Source: an uncultured delta proteobacterium (GTDB lineage Bacteria > Desulfobacterota > RBG-13-43-22). Taken from it: DNA of 24,000 nt. A program made the position numbers and the translations under genes. Numbering within the stretch: position 1 is the stretch's first letter; each line of letters opens with the position of its first letter. The stretch lies in assembly GCA_963790475.1 (NCBI GenBank), contig CAWBOS010000012.1:864633-888632 (forward strand), written 5' to 3'. Of this stretch, positions 14,773-22,878 are shown one piece after another. The notes below the pieces were generated by a model. The model did not search any database and was not told where the DNA came from. It saw only the letters and a list, made by a program, of their open reading frames with translations.

Positions 14773-15690
14773 TTATTCCACCTGTGAATAATAGTCCTGG
14801 AGCCTCTTTGTCTTTTTATAAAAGATCTTCTGGGTTAACCAGGAAACTAAGGAGATAAAGGGAGGAAGGAGAAATGCTCCGGAAAACAGATAATATTTGA
14901 AGAGTTTCAATCGAAATTCCCGCGCAGGATCCCAAGGGCCCCCCTTTTTCAGCACGTATTTCGACCAGAACTCGAACATCATCCGTCCCCTCTTCTCAAT
15001 ACTCATCAGAATGGGGTTGACCTTAACGGCCCCCTTTTCCAGAAGGTGATCCTGGAGTTTTTTTGTTTGTCCAAGACGAAATGCTTCCCGGATTACTTCG
15101 CCAAATTTCGCAGACTCCCGAATACTTTGTTCAGGTACACCGGCTGGAGGGAAAAGACCGCTGATCAATCCTTTTCCTTTCGACACGCCTTTTGACATCC
15201 AGAGTACAATCGTCACTATACTTACCAGATTCGGATGGGGATCGACCAGCACAATATTACCGACCAATGTACCCCCCAGACCCCGGATTTGTTTTTTCAC
15301 GCTTTCCTGGGCCATGATCCACATATTCCGGACCCCCAGAATGGTGATGACCGGTTTGCCTTTCAGGACTTTCCCGGCCGCGGGTGACTGAAGAAAGGCG
15401 GCAAATGGGATGGAGGGAGACAGATACCAGACCTGATAAGCCAGAATGACCAAGTCGAAATCCTGATCCGGATTGAATAATAAAGGTTCTAAAGCACAGG
15501 GAATCTCCTGAACGGATTCCGGAAAAGCTTGGAAGAATTGCATCCCCCGCCAGGGAAACGGATAGGGAGGAAGGGGTCTAAGCTCTTCAAAAATCAGCTC
15601 AAAATCCTCCTGCAGCGGACTTGTGACAGAATCCAATATCCTTTTCATCTGACCGGTCTGGGAATAGTATATTATGAGTGCTTTTTTCAT
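14773..15690 (-). CDS. darA: DarA-like protein (flavodoxin-like N-terminus; dialkylresorcinol 'condensing enzyme'/aromatase family)
   Basis: 305 aa. It contains MKKALIIYYSQTGQ..., ...PFPWRGMQFFQAFPESV...YQVWYLSPSIP...ILGVRNMW...VSIVTIVLWM, and a C-terminal hydrophobic segment. The pattern is as I recall for DarA. Recognition is from memory, not from a search. Confidence 0.65.
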   Translation of the reverse strand: MKKALIIYYSQTGQMKRILDSVTSPLQEDFELIFEELRPLPPYPFPWRGMQFFQAFPESVQEIPCALEPLLFNPDQDFDLVILAYQVWYLSPSIPFAAFLQSPAAGKVLKGKPVITILGVRNMWIMAQESVKKQIRGLGGTLVGNIVLVDPHPNLVSIVTIVLWMSKGVSKGKGLISGLFPPAGVPEQSIRESAKFGEVIREAFRLGQTKKLQDHLLEKGAVKVNPILMSIEKRGRMMFEFWSKYVLKKGGPWDPAREFRLKLFKYYLFSGAFLLPPFISLVSWLTQKIFYKKTKRLQDYYSQVE

Positions 15691-15990
15691 TTGACGGGTA
15701 ATGGTTATTTAGAATGATTCACCTAAAGTTGTCAATCTAAAATTATAAAACAGCCATTTTCCCCCGAAATCATCGGGCTTATTATAATCTTTTAAAAAAG
15801 TATTAATGTTTATGCTTAGTTCGATATTTACAAATATGGGAAGGGGAATTCCAGAAATACAAAGCAGTGAGCCGGGGAAATCCCGAGATCTTGATTTAAG
15901 GTTTCCTCATAGAAAAGAATCTGGGAATCCGGGTAGTCTATTTGAAGGGGAAAATTTTTATTTTGGGTAGGAGGCTCCGATGAGTTCGCT

Positions 15991-16007
15991 CCGTTCATTA
16001 CCGTTCG
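15991..16007. repeat. recurring motif, copy upstream of the DarA-like gene (CCGTTCATTACCGTTCG)
   Basis: ATTACCGTTCG (15997-16007) is identical to the cores at 9186 and 11997. A second CCGTTC lies 10 nt upstream, one helical turn away. Confidence 0.55.
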
Positions 16008-16254
16008 CACTATTCCATTTTTATGAATTGGAGACTCGGAAGATTTCAGGAAGGTATTCACCCATTGCTTATCGAACGAGTCATGGACGTTTGACAACCC
16101 CTGCGTGCCTTCCTCTTAGGGGGCGAACTTGGCAAGTCGCTCCCCCCCTCAGATGAAGCGGGTCAAAAAATACAAAAATATATGGTAAGGGAAGCAGGAC
16201 CTCTTTTCGCATAGACGTTGTATCTAACACCCCGATATTGACAAGAAAATCATG

Positions 16255-17850
16255 TCAGGATTTCCTGAATTCCTTCTCCATCGCTTCCTTGGCGGGTTTT
16301 ACGTACATCTCTCTCAATTTCGGCTTTTCAATCTTGCCGGCCGGGTTTCGAGGTATATTGGTATAGATAATCTTTTCAGGCCATTTGAACTTGGCAAGTC
16401 CCTTCTCTTTGCAGAAATCGAGAACTTCCTCATCAGTGAGTGTCTGACCCGGCCTGGTTTGGATCACTGCTAAAACGATCTCCACGAGTCTGGGATGGGG
16501 ATAGCCCATCACGGCGATGTCCTGTACCTTTGGGTGTTTAAGTAAGAAGCCCTCTATTTCCACAGGAAAGATGTTTTCGCCGCCCCGGATAATGAGATCC
16601 TTGGCCCTGTCCACGAAGCAGAAAAACCCCTCTTCATCCCGGTACGCCAGGTCACCGGTGTGGAGCCACCCCTTTTCGATGGTCCTGGCCGTCATCTCGG
16701 GATTGTAGGCATACTGCTTCATGAGCCGGGGCCCCTTCAGCAGAAGTTCGCCGACCACCTTGGGAGGACATTCCTTCCCTTTGTCATCCACCACCTTCGC
16801 CTCCATGAAAACGGTGGGTTTACCGATGGAGCCCGGTTTTCGCATTATGTCTTCGTCGTAGAGGTTGATGGTCCCGCCGCCTCCTCCTTCCGTGATCCCG
16901 TAAATGTTGGCGATGGGCAGCTTTGGAAAGACCTTCTTTGAATTTTCGAGCAACACATAGGGAACGGGCTGGGCGCCGATCTCGATATGGGTCAAGGCAC
17001 TCAGATCGTAGTCTTCCATCTTCACCTCTCCCGACAGTATGGCATCGATTACGTCCGACCAAACCGGGACCGTGTTCCACCCGCCCGTACATTTTTCGTC
17101 GGCGAGGGAGCGCAAATAGTATTTCGGCTGGAGCTCCATGGGCATAAGGATTTTGCCCGCGGCGATGTATGAGGGAAATGAAAGAAAGAGCGTGCCACTG
17201 TGATAGAAAGGATGGGGGGAGAGATAGACGCTTTTGTAACCTTCATTGTAAGTCAAGGCGTTGCCGATTCCGATATAAAAGAGGTTGCTGTGGGTATGGC
17301 AGACCGGTTTGGGGGCGCCTGTCGTCCCCGAGGTAAACATGAGCTCGGCCATATCGTCGTCTGCCGTGTCAACGAGCACAGGGGCCGGATCCCCCTTTTC
17401 CATGATCTGTTGGTAAGAGACCATCCCCGGCGGGTTTTGTTCTCCGACGCATAGGTATTTTTTTACGTAATTCATCTCCTTCATAATGGGCTCCACCCTG
17501 GGTAGAAAACCTTCGCCGAGAATGAATACTTTACACTGGGTCACATCGGCCGCATATTTAATGTCCGAGCCTGCAAAACGGAAGTTGAGCGGGGTCACGG
17601 TTGCCCCCGTTTTCAGGACAGCCATGTAGCACACGTACCACTCAATGCTATTCATCATCAGATGAACGACAATGTCTCCTTTCCTGATCCCGCACTCCTT
17701 CACCATGTAATTGGCCAGCTTATTCGTCTGATCGTCGATCTCTGCCCAGGTGATCGCTTTGCGTATCCCTTTCGAGGGATAGCTTTCGATGATAAACTCT
17801 CTCCCGGGAAACTTGCTCGCATTGAGCCAACAAAACCGTGCAAAGTTCAT
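16255..17850 (-). CDS. AMP-dependent acyl-CoA synthetase/ligase (class I adenylate-forming enzyme)
   Basis: 531 aa. It has MFTSGTTGAPKPV (A3), YGITEGGG, GWLHTGDLAY (A7), RGGENIFP (A8) and the PRNPAGKIEK catalytic Lys (A10). An AAGGAA RBS precedes ATG 17850. Confidence 0.9.
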   Translation of the reverse strand: MNFARFCWLNASKFPGREFIIESYPSKGIRKAITWAEIDDQTNKLANYMVKECGIRKGDIVVHLMMNSIEWYVCYMAVLKTGATVTPLNFRFAGSDIKYAADVTQCKVFILGEGFLPRVEPIMKEMNYVKKYLCVGEQNPPGMVSYQQIMEKGDPAPVLVDTADDDMAELMFTSGTTGAPKPVCHTHSNLFYIGIGNALTYNEGYKSVYLSPHPFYHSGTLFLSFPSYIAAGKILMPMELQPKYYLRSLADEKCTGGWNTVPVWSDVIDAILSGEVKMEDYDLSALTHIEIGAQPVPYVLLENSKKVFPKLPIANIYGITEGGGGGTINLYDEDIMRKPGSIGKPTVFMEAKVVDDKGKECPPKVVGELLLKGPRLMKQYAYNPEMTARTIEKGWLHTGDLAYRDEEGFFCFVDRAKDLIIRGGENIFPVEIEGFLLKHPKVQDIAVMGYPHPRLVEIVLAVIQTRPGQTLTDEEVLDFCKEKGLAKFKWPEKIIYTNIPRNPAGKIEKPKLREMYVKPAKEAMEKEFRKS

Positions 17851-18349
17851 GGCGTTCCTTTCTTCTGATGGCTTAGTTAAGGTAATTTATTAAAAATAAT
17901 GATAGATAAAAAGTAACCTTTGGTCAAACATAAAATAACATGGCCGGTAATGCCTCAGTCCCACGCGGAGTTGTGGAGAGGTAATACTTCAAAATTAGGG
18001 ACTCCTTCATCCGGAAATCCACAACAAGACAACCATTCCCCTTTCACATAAGTGGTTATTAACTTTGATTTTTAAAATTCATTGGGTTATTGTGCGCTTG
18101 GACAAAGGTCGAATAGATACTGAAAACCAAAAAATTAAAGAGTACTGACAGTCTTTTCCAAAATAGCCCAGACTCGGATTCCAGCTAAGATTTCTCATCT
18201 TCAAAAGAAGGCAAACTTTAACCGAAAATTATTCAAAAAAAGTCTTCCGGGGAAAAAGCACCACAAACTATGGAAAACAAAACTTCTCTATTCTTTCATC
18301 ACTTCTTTCTTTTTTTGGGCTTCCTGAAGATGCCAGGGAAACTCATCCT

Positions 18350-19618
18350 TTGGGGTATGCAAACATAGGCAGCCAGGGGACAGTGCCCACCTACCCTTTC
18401 GGCTATCCCCTTATTATGGCCGCTTTCATTAAGATTTTCGGTCTTCGGGGGGCCTATTGGGTAACTCCCCTTTTGGCTGGGGGAACTATTCTTCTCACTT
18501 ACTGGCTTGGGAGGGCATTCCTTGGCGTGTTGGGAGGGATCATTGCCGCAGGCCTTGTTTTGTTTTTGCCCAACTTTCTTCATAGTTCATTTTTCCCAAT
18601 GAGCGATGTTCCGGCTACCTTTTTTCCCGCCCTCGCTCTCGTATCCTTACTGGTTATGCGTCCCTCTCGCCTCGCCGACCTACTCCTGGGGGCTTCCCTT
18701 GGTTTTGGGATATGGGTCCGTCCGAATATGATCTTGTTGGTGCTACCGATAGCGGTCTGGTTTGTTGTTCGTAAAGAATGGCCGAGGCTGATCCGTTTTA
18801 GCTTAATAATTTTTCCTTTTATCTTGGTTAATGGTCTCCTGAATGGATACTTATTGGGGTCTGTCTGGACTACGGGCTATGCGAATATTCCCATAGGGGA
18901 CACTTGGCCGAATTCTCTGGCCCGGGGTGCCTGTCACTTAGTGCGATTGCATGATCAACAAGCAGGCCTTGGGATTTCCCTGTTCCTTTTAGGGTTCTTA
19001 TTCGGAAGGCTATCTTTGGCCTTGCGTTTACTTCTGGCCGGTGTGTTTGTCGTTTTTTTGGTTTTCTTCTCCGCCTACCGCTGGGATGATGCCTGGTGGT
19101 ACTTCCGATTTCTGCTCCCGACTATGCCCGCAGTGGCGGTTTTGGAAGCATCTTTCCTAAGGCAATTCATGTCAACCGGGAAATGGAGAAAGCGGAACAG
19201 CGCCTTAACATTGTTGTTTTTTTCTGTTTTGGCCTGGGCTTCTATTAATTTCAGCAACGAACATTTTGTATTTAATGACCGGATTTCTGAAAAGTCAGAC
19301 CATCAATCGCGTTTCTTCCAGATTATCTTTGATGGTTTTCAGAAACTGCCCGGCCAGCGCGCCATCGATGATACGGTGATCGAATGTCAGGCTGAGGGCC
19401 AGCCGTGGTTCGGCCACCACCAATCCTTCGCGGACCCAGGGTTTTTCAATGATGCGCCCCACACCGAGAATCGCGCTTTCCGGCGGGTTGATGATGGGGG
19501 TGAAATGATCGATATCACTGCTTCCCATATTAGTAATGGTAAAGGTACCGGCTTGGAGATCATCGGGAAGCAGCCTCTTGCCGGCCGCTTTCTCTGCCAG
19601 TTCGTCCAGTTCTCCTGA
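18350..19618 (+). pseudogene. GT-C fold (ArnT/PMT, GT39/GT83-like) membrane glycosyltransferase remnant, apparently truncated at both ends
   Basis: It has multiple TM segments with the ArnT/PMT-like pattern (YPFGYPLIMAAF..., LLTYWLGRAFLG, PNFLHSSFFPMSDVPATFF...). The first TM and catalytic acidic loop are missing (the frame is closed by TGA at 18326-18328). The last about 108 codons (19295-19618) are only antisense read-through of the E2 gene. Confidence 0.4.
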
Positions 19619-20530
19619 AATGTCCCGGATAGATTTTGTGTCGGCGTTCCGGATTTTGGGTACGAGCAGGCCGTCACCGAAATCCATGGCCACGCCGATA
19701 TGAATCTGCTCCCAGATTTTAATATCCTGACCGGCTACCGAAGCATTGAGCAGGGGATAGCGACGCAGCGCCAGAGCGGCGGCCTTGACAATGATCGCGT
19801 TATAAGAAACCGGGGACGCTTCTTCCTCCCGCGGATCATTAAGAGCCAATCTCAGGTCACGCAATTGAAGGGCGGAAGCTTCAGTATGCAGAGTTAACTG
19901 GGCCTGGGTCGTCAGGCTCAGCATCATGTTTTCGCTGATTATCTTTCTGATTCCGCGTATGGGAATTTCTTGAGCGGTAGTGAGCAGCGGGGATGGCCGG
20001 AGATCATCATCCCTTTCAGCAGGCTTTTTGCTGAGGGCCTCCACGGCCCGTTCCACATCCTCCAACATGATCCGCCCTCCGGCTCCGCTGCCGGGAATGG
20101 TATGCAGATCAATACCCTGTTCAATCGCCAGTTTTCTGGCGACAGGCGTGGCGATGATGCGACCACCGCCGGCCGGAGGCCGGTCGCCGATCGCCAGGGA
20201 GCCCTTTTGCCCACCTTGCTCCCGGTTTGCGGGAGCCTCCGGCGACTTTGTCTGACTGGCGGCCTGGCGATCTCCTAAAGCCTTCAGTTCAATTTCATCG
20301 ACGGCAATATACCCGATCACTTCTCCGACCGCGAAACGTTGTCCGGGCGAGGCAATCGGATAAACCAATCCCGAAGCCGGCGCCGGTACCTCAAAAGTAA
20401 CCTTGTCGGTTTCGATTACACAAACAATCTGTTTTTCGGCAACAGGATTTCCGGCCTGGATCAACCATTGGGCGACCGTGGCTTCCTTCATAGTCAGACC
20501 AAGCTTGGGGATTTTAATCTCTACAGCCAT
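19295..20530 (-). CDS. dihydrolipoamide acyltransferase (E2) of a 2-oxoacid/acetoin dehydrogenase complex
   Basis: It has a lipoyl domain (VIETDKVTFEVPAP), a peripheral subunit-binding domain (ATPVARKLAIEQGIDLHTIPGSG) and the catalytic motif LSLTFDHRIIDGA. A GAGG RBS is present. Confidence 0.9.
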   Translation of the reverse strand: MAVEIKIPKLGLTMKEATVAQWLIQAGNPVAEKQIVCVIETDKVTFEVPAPASGLVYPIASPGQRFAVGEVIGYIAVDEIELKALGDRQAASQTKSPEAPANREQGGQKGSLAIGDRPPAGGGRIIATPVARKLAIEQGIDLHTIPGSGAGGRIMLEDVERAVEALSKKPAERDDDLRPSPLLTTAQEIPIRGIRKIISENMMLSLTTQAQLTLHTEASALQLRDLRLALNDPREEEASPVSYNAIIVKAAALALRRYPLLNASVAGQDIKIWEQIHIGVAMDFGDGLLVPKIRNADTKSIRDISGELDELAEKAAGKRLLPDDLQAGTFTITNMGSSDIDHFTPIINPPESAILGVGRIIEKPWVREGLVVAEPRLALSLTFDHRIIDGALAGQFLKTIKDNLEETRLMV

Positions 20531-20604
20531 ACAAATACCTCAGGTTGCCGCCAGGGCGGCTTTCAGGGGTCAGTCCTCAGCGGCAAAAACCAGTTTAAAG
20601 TTTG

Positions 20605-20677
20605 GTAACACTTTAGCCTTATAAAAAAAACTGTTAAATCCTGTCTGATAAAAGTACTGGAATTTCAAAAAGCTAAA
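20605..20677. repeat. dispersed intergenic repeat, short ('empty') copy
   Basis: 20631-20677 matches the reverse complement of 23675-23718 (TTTAGCTTTT(T)GAAATTC...AGACAGGATTTA(A)CAG). 20605-20622 (GTAACACTTTAGCCTTAT) matches the reverse complement of 23897-23912. Confidence 0.7.
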
Positions 20678-20705
20678 CGATACAAAGTCTGGTATCGTAA
20701 GGCCA

Positions 20706-21680
20706 TCACTTCATAATCGAGCGGATGGCATTGCTGATGGCGGGCTCACCGGGCAGATAGGCCGCCTCCAAAATAGGTGAAAAGGGCACCGGACAAAAAG
20801 GCGCCCCGAGGCGCATAATGGGGGCATCCAAATAATCAAAGGCTTTTTCGGCTACCAGGGCGGCGATCTCGGCACCGCATCCGGCGAACTTGACCGCCTC
20901 ATGAACTATGATCAGGCGATGGGTTTTTTTGACCGATTCCAGGATAGCGGTTTCATCCAGAGGCTGCAGGCTGCGCGGGTCCAGGACCTCGACACTGAGG
21001 CCATCGGGTTCGGCCTTTTCAGCCGCGCTCAGGGCGTGTTGAACCATATGCCCGGTGGCCACCACGGTGACATCCGTTCCCGGCCGTTTGATATCGGCAC
21101 TGCCGATGGCAATCGTGTAGGATCCTTCGGGTACTTCGCCTTTGATGCCATACAGCAACTTGTGCTCCAGGCAAATGACCGGATTGTCGTCCCGGATGGC
21201 GGTGATCAACAAACCCTTGGCATCGTAAGGCGTGCTGGGCATGACTACCTTGATACCCGGGATGTGCATGAAAAAGGCCTCCAGCGACTGGGAATGTTGC
21301 GCCCCGGCCCCTACGCCGGCTCCAAAGTTGGCGCGCACCACCATGGGGATTTTGGCCTTGCCGCCGAACATAAAGCGCATCTTGGCCGCCTGGTTGAGAA
21401 TCTGGTCCAGGCAAACGCCGATGAAATCGACGAACATCAGAGAGACCACCGGCCGCAAGCCCAGGGCCGCCGCCCCGGCGGCGGCGCCCACGAAGCCGCT
21501 TTCGGTGATGGGGGTGTCTATCACCCTTTTCTCACCGAATTTGGCGTACAGCCCTCCGGTTGTACCAAATGCCCCCCCGGCCTGACCGATATCCTCGCCG
21601 ATCAGGAAGACCTCGGGGTCCCTTTCCATTTCCAATTCCATCGCGTTTCTGATGGCTAAAGACATATTCATCTGGGTCAT
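20706..21680 (-). CDS. 2-oxoacid/acetoin dehydrogenase E1 component, beta subunit
   Basis: 324 aa with the transketolase-like Pyr and C-terminal domains (VFLIGEDIGQAGGAFG..., RVIDTPITESGFVGAAAGAA..., RPGTDVTVVATG). Confidence 0.9.
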   Translation of the reverse strand: MTQMNMSLAIRNAMELEMERDPEVFLIGEDIGQAGGAFGTTGGLYAKFGEKRVIDTPITESGFVGAAAGAAALGLRPVVSLMFVDFIGVCLDQILNQAAKMRFMFGGKAKIPMVVRANFGAGVGAGAQHSQSLEAFFMHIPGIKVVMPSTPYDAKGLLITAIRDDNPVICLEHKLLYGIKGEVPEGSYTIAIGSADIKRPGTDVTVVATGHMVQHALSAAEKAEPDGLSVEVLDPRSLQPLDETAILESVKKTHRLIIVHEAVKFAGCGAEIAALVAEKAFDYLDAPIMRLGAPFCPVPFSPILEAAYLPGEPAISNAIRSIMK

Positions 21681-21692
21681 GATATCCTCCTG

Positions 21693-22658
21693 TCAGGCAT
21701 AAACGTCATTTAAAAGATCGGAAACATCCGGCACCGGGCTCTTTTCGGCAAAGGAAACCGCCTCTTCGATCTCCTGCCGGATGGCGGCATCCAGGGCCTC
21801 CAGTCGACCGGGGTCGACCAGTCCCTGTTCGATCAGCTGTTTTTTAAAACGCAGGATAGGATCTTTGGATTCGGATTGCCATTGGGCGACTTCCTCTTTG
21901 GTTCGGTAGACCTCGGGATCCCCCACATAATGGCCGCGGTGGCGATAGGTGCGAAACTCCAGCATGGACGGACCATGTCCCTTTCGTGCCCTTTGGATGG
22001 CCTCGCCGGAGGCTTCATGGACGGCCATGACATCATTCCCGTCCACTGAAATCTGGGGCATGCCGTACCCCGCTGCCCGATCGCAAATGCATTCGATACG
22101 CTGGTGATCGGCCTGACGGGTGAATTCGCCGAAGCCGTTATTTTCGACGGCGAAAATAACCGGCAGGTTTTTTACCGAGGCCAGGTTCATGGCCTCGTGG
22201 ACGGTGCCCTGGTTGGAGGCGCCGTCGCCGAAAAAGGAGACGCAGACGTCGTCGGTCCCCCGGTACCAGGCTGCCAGACCGGCACCCGCCGCCAGGGGCG
22301 GGCCGCCGCCGACGATGCCGTTAGCGCCCAGGATGCCGAGGTCCAGATCGGCGATGTGCATGGAGCCGCCTTTCCCCTTGCAGTAACCGGTGGATTTGCC
22401 GAACAACTCGGCCATCATTTTTTTGATATCACCGCCCTTGGCAATCAAATGGCCGTGACCGCGATGGGTGCTGGTAATGAAGTCACTGGTGCGCAGGTTG
22501 GCGCAAACGCCGGCGGCCACGGCCTCCTGGCCGATATAAAGATGGACGAAGCCGGAAATTTTGGCGGCCATCACCAGCGCCTCCAGCTTTTCCTCAAAGC
22601 GACGGATTTTCAGCATGGTGCCGAACAGGTTGATCATGGTTTCTTTAGAAACAGTCAT
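21693..22658 (-). CDS. 2-oxoacid/acetoin dehydrogenase E1 component, alpha subunit (TPP-dependent, AcoA/PdhA type)
   Basis: 321 aa with YIGQEAVAAG, THRGHGH, GKGGSMH and the TPP motif GDGASNQG...ENNG. It lies 12 nt upstream of the beta subunit, with AGGAGGA between them. Confidence 0.9.
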   Translation of the reverse strand: MTVSKETMINLFGTMLKIRRFEEKLEALVMAAKISGFVHLYIGQEAVAAGVCANLRTSDFITSTHRGHGHLIAKGGDIKKMMAELFGKSTGYCKGKGGSMHIADLDLGILGANGIVGGGPPLAAGAGLAAWYRGTDDVCVSFFGDGASNQGTVHEAMNLASVKNLPVIFAVENNGFGEFTRQADHQRIECICDRAAGYGMPQISVDGNDVMAVHEASGEAIQRARKGHGPSMLEFRTYRHRGHYVGDPEVYRTKEEVAQWQSESKDPILRFKKQLIEQGLVDPGRLEALDAAIRQEIEEAVSFAEKSPVPDVSDLLNDVYA

Positions 22659-22750
22659 AAGTGTTCTCCCTTCATCCGCTTATAGGGGATCGTGTTATTA
22701 GATTTCTTGTTCCTTATTAACGGGACGCGAAAATCTCTTTTTTTACAGGT

Positions 22751-22866
22751 TGCTCAAAAAGGTCCAAATACAAGGCGCCCGAAACCCCGAGGAATGAGGC
22801 GTACATCGAAGTACGCCGCAATGACGAGGGGTGAGGGCAACGCAGTAGATGGGCCTTTTTCAGCAA
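22751..22866. repeat. about 116-nt imperfect palindromic element between the SDR remnant and E1alpha
   Basis: The outer arms are TGCTCAAAAAGGTCCA (22751-22766) and TGGGCCTTTTTCAGCA (22851-22866), with 2 mismatches. The central hairpin is GGCGTAC-ATCGAA-GTACGCC (22798-22817), with flanking CCCC/GGGG pairing. Confidence 0.7.
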
Positions 22867-22878
22867 TCTGTTAATCCA

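Noticed and set aside
15828-16097. 89-aa minus-strand ORF in the acyl-CoA ligase / DarA-like spacer, considered as a possible missing ACP (DarC)
   Set aside because: It has no ACP-like DSL/Ser motif and no RBS, its composition is odd, and it spans the recurring non-coding motif. It is most likely spurious.
16119-16146. GGGGGCGAACTTGGCAAGTCGCTCCCCC as a sigma-54 promoter (TTGGCA) or the terminator of the ligase gene
   Set aside because: No TTGC element lies at the -12 spacing after TGGCA. On the minus strand the hairpin is not followed by a T-run. It is kept only as an unexplained hairpin.
17944-17951. CCGGTAAT (reverse complement of ATTACCGG) as a fifth copy of the recurring motif
   Set aside because: Only 8 nt match, which is expected by chance on two strands of 24 kb.
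18299-18583. 94-aa minus-strand ORF
   Set aside because: It is antisense to the TM-rich GT-C remnant and has a Lys/Pro-rich, low-complexity translation.
20901-22685. Long + strand ORFs 20901..21659, 21232..21585, 22104..22685 and 22120..22386
   Set aside because: These are shadow ORFs opposite the E1beta and E1alpha genes, whose translations carry clear family motifs. The antisense translations are Gly/Ala/Arg/His-rich and have no recognisable domains.
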